From Chlamydiia bacterium (lineage in GTDB: Bacteria; Chlamydiota; Chlamydiia; Chlamydiales; JAAKFR01), in the NCBI GenBank assembly GCA_963827485.1, contig CAWHBB010000003.1, positions 23,476 through 87,475 on the forward strand: a DNA stretch of 64,000 nucleotides, given 5' to 3'. Shown here piece by piece: positions 37,208 to 47,135 of this stretch; within the stretch, counting starts at the first letter, position 1, and the number at the start of each line of letters is the position of its first letter. The notes below the pieces were generated by a model. That model was not told the origin of the DNA, did no database searches, and saw only the letters and a program-made list of their open reading frames with translations. A program made the translations under genes and the position numbers.

Positions 37208-38257
37208 ATGTCGGAATATAAAAATATCATTGTCAGGATGCCCAACTGGGTGGGCGATTTTGTCATGGCAACGCCTGTGCTCGAAGACCTTCGGAGGCGC
37301 TTCCCTGAAGCCAAGATCACCGCCATGAGCCTAGAGAGCTTTGCCCCCTTGCTACTCGGTAGTCCCTATATCGATGAGATCTTCTCTTTTTCCAAGAGAA
37401 ACGAGTTCCTTCGCCACGATGAAAAGCGCGATATCATCTTGCGCCTGCAGCAGGGCAAATACGACCTTGGCATCCTCTTGACCGGCTCCTTTTCATCGGC
37501 TCTCTGGTTCTGGCGAGGCAAGGTGGAAAAGCGCATCGGGTTCAGCGGCCATGGGCGCTCTCTTTTATTGAGCAAAAGCCTACCAGAGCCACGCGAGAAG
37601 GGCCATGAGCATCTGGTCTCGACCTACAAAAGACTCCTCAAGCCGCTCGGGATCGCCCTCTCTGAGAGCGAGCCGCGCCTCTTTGTCACCGATAAGGAAA
37701 AAAGGGAGGTCCGCACCCTCTTGAAGGAGTTCCATGTGCCTGAGAGAGGGCCGAGGAGCCATCTCATCGGGATCAACCCCACCTCTGCCTACGGCTCTGC
37801 CAAGAACTGGCCCACCGAGAATTTCCACAAGTTCGCCTCCGATCTTCTCGAGAAGATGCCCGACCACACCCTGCTTTTTTTTGGCGATCCATCGGGTGCA
37901 CCGCTTGTGCAAAAAATCTGCCGAGGGCTACCTGAGAGGGTGATCAACCTGGCAGGCCGCACCAGCTTGCGCGAGCTCGTTGCGCTCATTTCGATATGCG
38001 ACCTTTTCATCACCAACGATTCAGGACCGATGCATATCGCAGAGGCGCTTTCGACCCCGCTCATCGCCATCTTCGGCTCCACCTCGGAGCTTGCGACAGG
38101 TCCCTATAGCAAGGGGCGGGTGATCCGAGGCGAGGCAGCCTGCGCCCCCTGTTTCCTCAGGCGCTGTCCCATCGATTTTCGCTGCATGCGCTCGATCACG
38201 CCTGCCCAGATGCTCAGAGCTGCTCAAGAGATGCTTGCATCAAGAGGGGGGAGCTGA
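37208..38257 (+). CDS. glycosyltransferase family 9 (LPS heptosyltransferase-like)
   Basis: MPNWVGDFVMATP, GAPLVQ and NDSGPMHIAEAL motifs. Confidence 0.8.
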   Translation: MSEYKNIIVRMPNWVGDFVMATPVLEDLRRRFPEAKITAMSLESFAPLLLGSPYIDEIFSFSKRNEFLRHDEKRDIILRLQQGKYDLGILLTGSFSSALWFWRGKVEKRIGFSGHGRSLLLSKSLPEPREKGHEHLVSTYKRLLKPLGIALSESEPRLFVTDKEKREVRTLLKEFHVPERGPRSHLIGINPTSAYGSAKNWPTENFHKFASDLLEKMPDHTLLFFGDPSGAPLVQKICRGLPERVINLAGRTSLRELVALISICDLFITNDSGPMHIAEALSTPLIAIFGSTSELATGPYSKGRVIRGEAACAPCFLRRCPIDFRCMRSITPAQMLRAAQEMLASRGGS

Positions 38258-38278
38258 TAACCTTTACTTCCTCTTTAG

Positions 38279-38352
38279 GCACCGATAGCTCAATCGGATA
38301 GAGTACCTGGCTTCGAACCAGGTGGTTAGAGGTTCGAGTCCTCTTCGGTGCG
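38279..38352 (+). tRNA. tRNA-Arg (anticodon TCG)
   Basis: Hand-folded: acceptor GCACCGA/TCGGTGC, anticodon stem-loop CCTGG-CTTCGAA-CCAGG, T-arm AGAGGTTCGAGTCCTCT. Confidence 0.9.
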
Positions 38353-38367
38353 TACCTTTCTATCGCT

Positions 38368-39438
38368 ATGCTACCCATCCTCTCTTTGACCAGCCGCTCC
38401 TTTGCAAAGAAAGCCGCCTCACTTCTCGGCTCAGGCGAGCTGCTTGCTCGGGAGTATTACTCGAGCTGGATTCGGCTCGGGCGCATCGATAGCGCGCGTC
38501 CCTGCTTCAAAAATGCACAAGAGTTTCTCGAGAAGCTCTCGATGGTGACCGATTTTTCCACCCCGCTTGTCAGCGAAAGTTTTGAGTCTCAGGGCACCCG
38601 CAAGGCGCTTTTAAAGACAGAGGATGGCCAGCTCATCGAGATGGTGCTGATTCCGATGAAGGGGCGCACGACCCTCTGTATCTCCTCTCAGATCGGCTGT
38701 AGGATGGGCTGCCTCTTCTGCCGCACCGCCAAGATGAATTTGAGGCGCAACTTGTCAGCTGGCGAAATCGTCTCGCAGCTCTTTCTCGCTCGCCACAAGT
38801 TCGGGGCAAATCCCTCCAATATCGTCTTCATGGGTATGGGAGAGCCCTTTGACAACTACGAAAATGTGGTCGAGGCGATCGCAATTCTGACCGATCCAAA
38901 GGGCTTTGGCATGGGCCCAAGCCGCATTTCGGTCTCCACCTCGGGCAAGGTCGATGAGATCTACCGTTTCATCGAGGATGTGGATCCGGCGGTCAATCTG
39001 GCCATCTCGATCAGCGGTGGCACCGATGAAGTGCGCACGCAGTTGATGCCGATCAACAAGGTGCATCCGATGAGCGAGCTCAGGCGTGCGATGGAGGCCT
39101 ACACCGCCCATCCCAGGAGGCGCATCTTGGTCGAATATGTGCTCATCGCAGGCAAGAATGATAGCCTCCTCCAAGCAGAGGCGCTCGGAGAATTTTTGAG
39201 GGATCTTCGCGTCACCATCAATTTGATCCCCTATAACCCGATCGGACAGCTCGACTGGAAGCCGTCGCAACCTACTCAGGCTGAAGAATTTGCGAATATT
39301 CTCCACCGTCAAGGTTATGGGGTCTATTTCCGGACGACCCATGGCGATCAGATCATGGCTGCCTGCGGTCAGCTCGGCAAACCCAAAGGACTCCAAAGGG
39401 CTGGAAAAGTAATGAGCTCTGTGGTAGCAAAAGAGTAG
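38368..39438 (+). CDS. rlmN: 23S rRNA/tRNA A2503 methyltransferase, radical SAM
   Basis: CISSQIGCRMGCLFCRT radical-SAM cluster, MGMGEP, and a C-terminal catalytic Cys (AACGQL). Confidence 0.9.
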   Translation: MLPILSLTSRSFAKKAASLLGSGELLAREYYSSWIRLGRIDSARPCFKNAQEFLEKLSMVTDFSTPLVSESFESQGTRKALLKTEDGQLIEMVLIPMKGRTTLCISSQIGCRMGCLFCRTAKMNLRRNLSAGEIVSQLFLARHKFGANPSNIVFMGMGEPFDNYENVVEAIAILTDPKGFGMGPSRISVSTSGKVDEIYRFIEDVDPAVNLAISISGGTDEVRTQLMPINKVHPMSELRRAMEAYTAHPRRRILVEYVLIAGKNDSLLQAEALGEFLRDLRVTINLIPYNPIGQLDWKPSQPTQAEEFANILHRQGYGVYFRTTHGDQIMAACGQLGKPKGLQRAGKVMSSVVAKE

Positions 39439-39464
39439 GCTTTAATCAATAGGCATAGGGAAAC

Positions 39465-40100
39465 ATGGCGAGACCAACAGAGGAAGCAATTCAGCAGAAA
39501 TACGAGGGTGACGGCTATCCGATTCACGTGGTGGGACGCCATGTCAAGGTGACCGAGCCGATGAAGGTCTATGCAGTGGATAAGCTGAAGAAGGCTAAGC
39601 GCTTTGGTGTACGGCTCAACGACGTCAACATCGCGATGGATCTGCAGAAGCTTGCCCACACGGTCGATTTTGTTCTCAATGTCAACAACATGGTCATCAA
39701 AGTTTCCGGCTGCGCCCCAGATATGTACTCTGCGATTGACGAGGCGATTGCCCGTCTAGAACGGATCTTGCGCCGCTATACGCAGAGGCTCCACATGCAC
39801 GCAGAGAAGCCTCTCAAAGAGATCGAGATGGAGGTGAGCGTGCTCGAGGCGAGCGCCCTTGAAGATTTGAACGATGAGATCGAGGAGGAGGCGCTCCATC
39901 TGGTCGAAGATAGCTTCAAGAGCCATCCGATTGTCAAGCGGGAGAAAATGGCGGTCAGAACCCTGACACAAGCTGAGGCGGTGATGCACATGGAGCTCTC
40001 AGGCCAAGCCTTCATGCTCTACTTCTCCGAGGAGGATCAGAAGCTGAAGGTGATCTACCGACATGCCGATGGCAACTTTGCCATCGTTGAACCCGAGTAA
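39465..40100 (+). CDS. hpf: ribosome hibernation promoting factor (long form)
   Basis: N-terminal S30AE fold (VVGRHVKVTEPMKVYAVDKL...DMYSAIDEAI) plus a C-terminal dimerisation domain. Confidence 0.85.
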   Translation: MARPTEEAIQQKYEGDGYPIHVVGRHVKVTEPMKVYAVDKLKKAKRFGVRLNDVNIAMDLQKLAHTVDFVLNVNNMVIKVSGCAPDMYSAIDEAIARLERILRRYTQRLHMHAEKPLKEIEMEVSVLEASALEDLNDEIEEEALHLVEDSFKSHPIVKREKMAVRTLTQAEAVMHMELSGQAFMLYFSEEDQKLKVIYRHADGNFAIVEPE

Positions 40101-40507
40101 TGAAGGCGCTCTTTGATCCGGTCCGCCGCGCTCTTGTGAGAGCGACTCCTGAGGAGCGCGTGCGCCAGATGTGGCTCAAATGGTTGATCGAGGAAGGAGG
40201 CTACCCTGCAGCGCTGCTTGCGGTTGAGAAGGAGCTCAGTGCACTTCCCCACATCTCCTCAGAAAGATTGCCTCGTAGGAGGGCCGATATCGTCGCCTTT
40301 GCAAGCGGCACACTCACTCCCTTGCTCTTGATCGAATGTAAGGCTGGAGCGCTCGGTGAGCAGGCGCTCGGTCAGCTCATGGCCTACAATAGCCACATCT
40401 GCGCCCGTGCAGTCGCCCTGGTGAATGCGAGCGAAGCGCTCGTCGCCCTCTATGAGGAGGGAAGCTACAGGCGTCTATCTGCTCTGCCTCTCTTTACTGA
40501 CCTCTGA
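40100..40507 (+). CDS. HsdR-N-terminal-like (restriction endonuclease-like fold) protein
   Basis: EERVRQMWLKWLIEEGGYP...RRADIVAF...IECK pattern (PD-(D/E)xK-like). Confidence 0.55.
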   Translation: MKALFDPVRRALVRATPEERVRQMWLKWLIEEGGYPAALLAVEKELSALPHISSERLPRRRADIVAFASGTLTPLLLIECKAGALGEQALGQLMAYNSHICARAVALVNASEALVALYEEGSYRRLSALPLFTDL

Positions 40508-42695
40508 GCCCATCCAGATATTCGATGATGTCGTTCCGGTGATGTTCTTCAGCGCGCTCTCGTGCTATTCGCAGCAGGGCATGTCGGTGGCTGCCTTGGG
40601 GAGAGCCAGGGCCACTGTAGGTAGCGATGAATTGGATTGCGCTGAGGCGGTTCGTTTTAGCTGCTTCACGGGTGGCGATGAGCCAAGCCTCTCGGTTGAT
40701 CGCTCCATTTCTTGCAAGCGCTTCCATAGCCTCGGCCCGGTCTGCTAGAGCAGCTCTCCAAAAGGCATCTGATCGCCCCCCTATGAGGCTATCGGGAGGG
40801 CAGTTTTCGAGGATGGCAAGGGTCGTATCAAAAAATTTATCGTAGGAGCTTGTCCGTGCCGCATGTTCTATGTCTTCAGGGGAGACATTTGCCATGCGGG
40901 GATCTGCTTTAAGCAGGCGAATGGCTTCGGTGTGGCCGCGCTCTGAGGCCCGTCTGAAGGCTCCCGCAAGATCGATCTCTGGAGAGGGGTTTGCCTGGAG
41001 GATGCGCTCTACAAGAGTGGGTGATCCTGCCAAGCTCTCAAGAGCCTCGGTGCAGAAGCCTGCATCTTGGAGAATCTCGGGGGTCAATAGGCGGCTCGCA
41101 ATGGCGTAATGTCCACCAGCGCCCGCTCCAAAAATAGCCCCACCTCTTGAGCCAAGGTCTATTTGGGCTCCTTCGGGTAGCCAGCGCTCGAGCCGCTCCA
41201 CGTCACCTGCTGCAGCTGCGAATTGGACGAGCCTCCCTCTTTGCATCTCTGTCAGAACATGGCCTGGGGGTATCAACGACTCGACTAGCGCAAGATGGCG
41301 CGCCTGGCCTGCTGCGCCAATAACTTCCATTCGACGCTCCAGAGTGAAATCTTCCCCAGCTCTCCCAATGAGCCAGCGGAGAATCTCCGGTTTATTGTGT
41401 CTAGCGGCCGTACTCATTGCTGCCATCTGGGCATCTATGTTGAGGATGCGATTCTCGGGCCATAGAAATTGTACGAGAGGTAGGTTTGTCGTCGCTGCTG
41501 CACGTATGAGCCATGAGAGTGATGCAGCAGGCACGATGTGACCTGCTGGCTGGATTGGGTTTCCATCCCCGTCCATTTCGGGATTTTCTATTTCACCGAC
41601 GGGAGGCACCATCACAGGGGCAATAAATTGGGCGATGTTGAGGTGGCCGCGAGATGCAGCCAGCTCAAGGATGCGTTGTCTCTCCCCATCAGTGAGCCCA
41701 AGTGCAGGGCAGAAGTGCGTCACAATATTGAGACGGCCCCTCCTGGAAGCCTCGAAGACAAGCTTGAGGCGCTCCTCTCTCGAAAGGGCATCGCCTCCAG
41801 TGAACAGCCGCAAAGCATCGAGATCGCCTGAGTGAGCGGCGGCCTCTCTTCCCTCTTTTCTCATTTCAGGTGTGAAGGCGGTTTTTGTCGAGAGATAGGC
41901 AACGACCTCTCTATGCCCAAGTTTGCAAGCATTTATTGCGGCATTCTGCAGATCGCGATCGAAAGGAGGCAGTGGAGTCTCACAAAGGGCTCTGACGATA
42001 TGGAGATGGCCCTCTTCGGCTGCTGCGTTGATCGCTCTGCCGAGTTCAGCTTTGCCCATGTCATATCGGGCGCTGCCCTCTCTCACAGTAGAGCAGGTGA
42101 GGATGATTTTCACAGCATCGAGGCAGCCCGCTTTTGCGAATATGTCTAACTTGGCAAATAGCTCGATTTTTCTTCGCGCCACCTCTTGTAAGAGAGCTCT
42201 ATAGGTTACATGGATTCTGGGCATCGGCCTGCCCGCTTTATTGAGACAGCCCATTAATCTGTCCACATAGTGATCGTGAGCCTGTCCATAATAACCTCCT
42301 GCGGGGAGGCTATCCGGCACTGCAAGCCCAAGGCGCGGAAGATGGGAGCGCCAGACAGTGTTGTCGATGGAGAGCCTATAGAATCGCCTGCAGGTAACGC
42401 CTAGGGCGAGGGTATCAAAGGGGTGGGAGAGCTTCATGATCTCGAGAAGGATAACCTCTGTCAGATGGGAGATCTGGGTGTGCTTGGATACGCGGACCCG
42501 CATCTCTGTCTGGTGCACGACCAGAGTGGTGGCTGCAGGCCCGGGGCCAGGACCCTCACTGCTCACTTGCATCTCGATCTGGCGCAAGGCCACCTGAATG
42601 GCACCTGAGTCGCTGGGTCGATCGCTTGGAGTCAGACCGACCATCGGCATCGGTGCCGCCGCAGCTGCCGCTGCCGCTGATGATGGATTTGCCAT
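40494..42695 (-). CDS. F-box / ankyrin-like repeat protein, paralog 1 (effector candidate)
   Basis: F-box-like LTEVILLEIMKLS..DTLALGVTCRRFYRLSIDNTVWRSHL. Many GH(L/R)xxVxxL helical repeats. Ala-rich N-terminus. Confidence 0.7.
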   Translation of the reverse strand: MANPSSAAAAAAAAPMPMVGLTPSDRPSDSGAIQVALRQIEMQVSSEGPGPGPAATTLVVHQTEMRVRVSKHTQISHLTEVILLEIMKLSHPFDTLALGVTCRRFYRLSIDNTVWRSHLPRLGLAVPDSLPAGGYYGQAHDHYVDRLMGCLNKAGRPMPRIHVTYRALLQEVARRKIELFAKLDIFAKAGCLDAVKIILTCSTVREGSARYDMGKAELGRAINAAAEEGHLHIVRALCETPLPPFDRDLQNAAINACKLGHREVVAYLSTKTAFTPEMRKEGREAAAHSGDLDALRLFTGGDALSREERLKLVFEASRRGRLNIVTHFCPALGLTDGERQRILELAASRGHLNIAQFIAPVMVPPVGEIENPEMDGDGNPIQPAGHIVPAASLSWLIRAAATTNLPLVQFLWPENRILNIDAQMAAMSTAARHNKPEILRWLIGRAGEDFTLERRMEVIGAAGQARHLALVESLIPPGHVLTEMQRGRLVQFAAAAGDVERLERWLPEGAQIDLGSRGGAIFGAGAGGHYAIASRLLTPEILQDAGFCTEALESLAGSPTLVERILQANPSPEIDLAGAFRRASERGHTEAIRLLKADPRMANVSPEDIEHAARTSSYDKFFDTTLAILENCPPDSLIGGRSDAFWRAALADRAEAMEALARNGAINREAWLIATREAAKTNRLSAIQFIATYSGPGSPQGSHRHALLRIARERAEEHHRNDIIEYLDGLRGQ

Positions 42696-42709
42696 AATTT
42701 CCCTCTAGG

Positions 42710-44875
42710 TTAGACCTTATGTTGCTCGCTTGCAGGCTTGTTCAAATATTCGATGATGTCGGAGTGGTGATATTCTTCAGCGCGCTCTCGTGCTATTCGC
42801 AGCAGGGCATGTCGGTGGATGCCTTGGGGAGAGCCAGGGCCACTGTAGGTAGCAATGAATTGGATCACGCTGAGATGGTCCTTGATGGTTGCTTCACGGG
42901 TGGCATCGATCCAAGCCATTCTGTTAATCGTTCCATTTCTTGCAAGCGCCTCCATAGCATCGGCGCGACCCGCTAAAGCAGCTGCGATAAAAGCCTTTTC
43001 ACGCGCATCTACGAAACTATCGGGAGGGCAGTTTTCGAAGATGGTAAGGGTCGTATCAAAGAGTTCGTCATTATAACTTTCCATTATCGCAACTTCTATG
43101 TCTTCCTGGCTGATATTTGCCATGCGTGGATCTGCTTTGAGTAGGCGAATGGTTTCGGTGTGACCGCGCTCTGAGGCCCGTTTGAAGGCTTTCCCAAGGT
43201 CGATCTCTGGAGAGGGGTTTGCCTGGAGGATGCGCTCCACAAGAGTGGGCGCCCCTGCCAAGCTCACAAGAACCTCGGTGCAGTAGGCCGCATCTTGGAG
43301 AATCTCGGGGGTCAATAGGCGGTCCGCAATGGCGTAATTTCCACCTGCGCCCGCTCCAAAAATAGCCCCACCTCTTGAGTCACGGTCTATCTGGGCCCCT
43401 TCGGGTAGCCATCGCTCGAATCGCTCCATGTCACCTGCAGCAGCTGCGAACTCGACGAGCGCCCCTCTTTGCCTCTCTGTCAGAACATGGCCTGGGGGTA
43501 TCAACGACTCGACTAGTGCTAGATGACGCGCCTGGCCCGCTGCGCCAATAATTTGCATTCGACGTTCCAGGGTAAAAGTATCCCCAGCTTTTCCAATGAG
43601 CCAGTGGAGGATCTCCGGATTATTGTGACTAGCAGCCGTTCTCATGAAACGCATGAGGGTCTCGGGGCTGAGGGTGCGATTCTCTGGCCATAGGAATTGT
43701 ATGAGAGGCAGGTTCCTTCCTCGCACGGCTTCAAAAATCGAGGAATTGAGCTGCTGTGCGGGCACAGCCAGGCCCGCTGGCTGGATCGGACGGCCATCCT
43801 CACCTATCTCGGGATCTTCTATCTCATCGACTGGAGGCACGATCACAGGGGCAATAAATCGGACAACGTTGAGATGACGCCAAGAGGAAGCGGCGGTAAA
43901 GATTCTGAGTCTCTCCTCATCCGTGAGCCCAAGCTCAGGGCAGAAGTGCGTCACAATATTGAGACGGCCCTTTCTGGAAGCCTCTAAGACAAGCTCGAGG
44001 CGCTCCTCTCTCGAAAGGAGATCGTCCTGGGTGAAGAGATGCAGGGCATCGAGATCGCCTGCGTGGGCCGCGGCCTTTCTTCCTTTCTTCCTTGCTTCAG
44101 GGGTAAAAGCAGTTTGAGTAGAGAGATAGGCAAGGATCTCTTTATATCCAAGGCTGCACGCTCCGATTGCGGCACCTTGTAGCATGTTGTCGAAAGGGCG
44201 CAGTGGGGTCTCACAAAGGGCTCTGATGACGTGGAGATGACCCTCTTTGGCTGCTTCGACAATCGCCTTGCTGAGTTCAGCACGGCCAAGGTCGCCTATG
44301 GGCTCTCTTGTAATAGAGGAGTTAAGGATGATTTTCACAGCCTCGAGGCAGCCCGCTTTTGCGAATATGTCTAACTTGGCAAAAAACTCGATTTTTCTTC
44401 GCTCTATCTCTTGTAGAAGAGCTCTATAACTCATATGGGTTCTAGGCACCGGCCTGCCCGCTTTATTGAGGCAGCTCAATAATTTTTCCACATAGGCATC
44501 ACGAGCCTGTCCACAATAGCCCCCTTCGGGAGGGACATCTGAGACTGGAAGCCCTAACTGTGGAAGATAGGAGCGCCAGAGTTCATTATCGCGAGAGAGC
44601 TCACGGAATTGGGTGCAGGTATTGCCAAGGGCAAGGGTGGTCGAGACAGAAGAGAGCTCCATGATTTTAAGAACAACTGGCTCCGTCATATCGGTGATCG
44701 GTCCCGAAGCTGGCCCTGTACACGGTGATACGCTCTCATTGCTTACTCGTAGCTCGATCTGGCGCAAGGCCACCTGAACGGCACCTGAGTCGCTGGGTCG
44801 ATCGCTTGGAGCCAGACCGACCATCGGCATGGGTGCCGCCGCGGCTGCCGCTGCTGCTGATGATGGATTTGCCAT
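42710..44875 (-). CDS. F-box / ankyrin-like repeat protein, paralog 2
   Basis: F-box-like VVLKIMELSSVSTTLALGNTCTQFRELSRDNELWRSYL. C-terminal 50+ aa are identical to paralog 3. Confidence 0.7.
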   Translation of the reverse strand: MANPSSAAAAAAAAPMPMVGLAPSDRPSDSGAVQVALRQIELRVSNESVSPCTGPASGPITDMTEPVVLKIMELSSVSTTLALGNTCTQFRELSRDNELWRSYLPQLGLPVSDVPPEGGYCGQARDAYVEKLLSCLNKAGRPVPRTHMSYRALLQEIERRKIEFFAKLDIFAKAGCLEAVKIILNSSITREPIGDLGRAELSKAIVEAAKEGHLHVIRALCETPLRPFDNMLQGAAIGACSLGYKEILAYLSTQTAFTPEARKKGRKAAAHAGDLDALHLFTQDDLLSREERLELVLEASRKGRLNIVTHFCPELGLTDEERLRIFTAASSWRHLNVVRFIAPVIVPPVDEIEDPEIGEDGRPIQPAGLAVPAQQLNSSIFEAVRGRNLPLIQFLWPENRTLSPETLMRFMRTAASHNNPEILHWLIGKAGDTFTLERRMQIIGAAGQARHLALVESLIPPGHVLTERQRGALVEFAAAAGDMERFERWLPEGAQIDRDSRGGAIFGAGAGGNYAIADRLLTPEILQDAAYCTEVLVSLAGAPTLVERILQANPSPEIDLGKAFKRASERGHTETIRLLKADPRMANISQEDIEVAIMESYNDELFDTTLTIFENCPPDSFVDAREKAFIAAALAGRADAMEALARNGTINRMAWIDATREATIKDHLSVIQFIATYSGPGSPQGIHRHALLRIARERAEEYHHSDIIEYLNKPASEQHKV

Positions 44876-44889
44876 AATTTCCCTCTAGG

Positions 44890-47109
44890 TTAGACCTTAT
44901 GTTGCTCGCTTGCAGGCTTGTTCAAATATTCGATGATGTCGGAGTGGTGATATTCTTCAGCGCGCTCTCGTGCTATTCGCAGAAGAGCAGATCGGTGGAT
45001 GCCTTGTGGAGAGCCCGGGCCACTGTAGGTAGTGATGAATTGAATCACGCTGAGACGGTCCCTTTTGGCTGCTTTACGGGTGGCATCGATCCAAGCCATT
45101 CTGTAAATCGCTCCATTTCTTGCAAGCGCCTCCATAGCATCGGCGCGACCCGCTAAAGCAGCTGCGATAAAAGCCTTTCCACGCGCATCTACGAGTCTAT
45201 CGGGAGGGCAGTTTTGGAAGATGGCAAGGGTCGTATCAAAGAGTCCCTTTTCATAACTTTTCTCTATCGCACGCTTTATGACGGCCTGGCTGATATTTGC
45301 CATGCGTGGATCTGCTTTGAGTAGACGAATGGTTTCGGTATGGCCGCACTCTGAGGCCTGTCTGAAGGCTTTCTCAAGATCGATCTCTGGAGAGGGGTTT
45401 GCCTGGAGGATGCGCTCTACAAGAGTGGGCGCTCCTGCCAAGCACATAAGAGCGTGGGTGCACGAGCCCGCATCTTGGAGAATCTCAGGGGTCAATAGGC
45501 GGCTCGCAATGGCGTAATTTCCAACCGCGCCCGCTCCAAAAATAGCCTCACCTCTTAAGCCAAGGTCTATCTGGGCCCCTTCAGGTAGCCATCGCTCGAG
45601 CCAGTCCATATCGCCCGCAGCGGCAGCGAATAGGACGAGCGCCCCTCTTTGTCTCTCTGTCAGAACATGGCCTGGGGGTATCAACGATTCGACCAGCGCT
45701 AGATGACCGGCCTGGCCTGCTGCGCCAATAATTTGCATTCGACGCTCCAGAGTAAAATCTTCCCCAGCTCTCCCAATGAGCCATCGGAGAATCTCCGGTT
45801 TATTGTGTCTAGCGGCCGCACTCATTGCTGGCATCTGGGCATCTATGTCGAGGATGCGATTCTCGGGCCATAGGAATTGTACGAGAGGTAGGTTTGTCGT
45901 CGCTGCTTCAGATATAAGCTCTGAGAGTGATTCAGCAGGCACGAGGTGACCTGCTGGCTGGATTGGGTTTCCATCCCCGTCCATTTCGGGATTTTCTATT
46001 TCACCGACGGGAGGCACCATCACAGGGGCAATAAATTGGGCGATGTTGAGGTGGCCGCGAGATGCAGCCAACGCAAGGATGCGGTGTCTCTCTTCATCCG
46101 TGAGCCCAAGTGCAGGGCAAAGGTGCTCCAAGATGTTGAGACGTCCCATTCTGGTGGCCTCTATGGCAAGCTCAAGGCGCTCCTCCCTCTCAAGGGCATC
46201 GCCTCCAGTGAACAGCCGCAAAGCATCGAGATCGCCTGAGTGGGCGGCGGCCTCTCTTCCTTCTTCTCTCATTTCAGGTGTGGAGGCGGTTTTTGTCGAG
46301 AGATAGGCAAAGATCTCTTTATGCCCAAGTTTGCAAGCATTTACTGCAGCTCTCTGCAGGTCGCGATCAAAAGGAGGTAGTGGGGTCTCACAAAGGGCTC
46401 TGACGACATGGAGATGGCCCTCTTCGGCTGCTGCGTTGATCGCTCTGCCGAGTTCAGCTTTGCCCATGTCATATCGGGCGCTGCCCTCTCTCACAGTAGA
46501 GCAGGTGAGGATGATTTTCACAGCATCGAGGCAGCCCGCTTTTGCGAATATGTCTAACTTGGCAAATAGCTCGATTTTTCTTCGCGCCACCTCTTGTAAG
46601 AGAGCTCTATAGGTTACATGGATTCTGGGCATCGGCCTGCCCGCTTTATTGAGACAGCCCATTAATCTGTCCACATAGTGATCGTGAGCCTGTCCATAAT
46701 AACCTCCTGCGGGGAGGCTATCCGGCACTGCAAGCCCGAGTTGCGGAAGATGGGGGCGCCAGACCACATTGTGGATGGAGAGACTATAGAATCGCTTGCA
46801 GGTAACGCCAAGGGCAAGGGTATCAAAGGGGCGAGAAAACTTCATGATCTCAAGAACGGCAACGTTTGCCAGATGGGAGATCTGGGTGTGCCTGGATACG
46901 CGGACCCGCATCTCCGTCTGGCGCACGACCAGCGTGGTGGCTGCAGGCCCTGGGCCAGGACCCTCACTGCTCACCTGCATCTCGATCTGACGCAAAGCCA
47001 CCTGAACGGCACCTGAGTCGCTGGGTCGATCGCTTGGAGTCAGGCCGACCATCGGCATCGGTGCCGCCGCAGCTGCCGCCGCTCCGCTATTGTTAGTTGA
47101 TGCTGCCAT
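44890..47109 (-). CDS. F-box / ankyrin-like repeat protein, paralog 3
   Basis: N-terminal half is near-identical to paralog 1 and the C-terminus to paralog 2. Has an F-box-like segment. Confidence 0.7.
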   Translation of the reverse strand: MAASTNNSGAAAAAAAPMPMVGLTPSDRPSDSGAVQVALRQIEMQVSSEGPGPGPAATTLVVRQTEMRVRVSRHTQISHLANVAVLEIMKFSRPFDTLALGVTCKRFYSLSIHNVVWRPHLPQLGLAVPDSLPAGGYYGQAHDHYVDRLMGCLNKAGRPMPRIHVTYRALLQEVARRKIELFAKLDIFAKAGCLDAVKIILTCSTVREGSARYDMGKAELGRAINAAAEEGHLHVVRALCETPLPPFDRDLQRAAVNACKLGHKEIFAYLSTKTASTPEMREEGREAAAHSGDLDALRLFTGGDALEREERLELAIEATRMGRLNILEHLCPALGLTDEERHRILALAASRGHLNIAQFIAPVMVPPVGEIENPEMDGDGNPIQPAGHLVPAESLSELISEAATTNLPLVQFLWPENRILDIDAQMPAMSAAARHNKPEILRWLIGRAGEDFTLERRMQIIGAAGQAGHLALVESLIPPGHVLTERQRGALVLFAAAAGDMDWLERWLPEGAQIDLGLRGEAIFGAGAVGNYAIASRLLTPEILQDAGSCTHALMCLAGAPTLVERILQANPSPEIDLEKAFRQASECGHTETIRLLKADPRMANISQAVIKRAIEKSYEKGLFDTTLAIFQNCPPDRLVDARGKAFIAAALAGRADAMEALARNGAIYRMAWIDATRKAAKRDRLSVIQFITTYSGPGSPQGIHRSALLRIARERAEEYHHSDIIEYLNKPASEQHKV

Positions 47110-47135
47110 ATCAGTTACCTTTTATTAATAATTAA

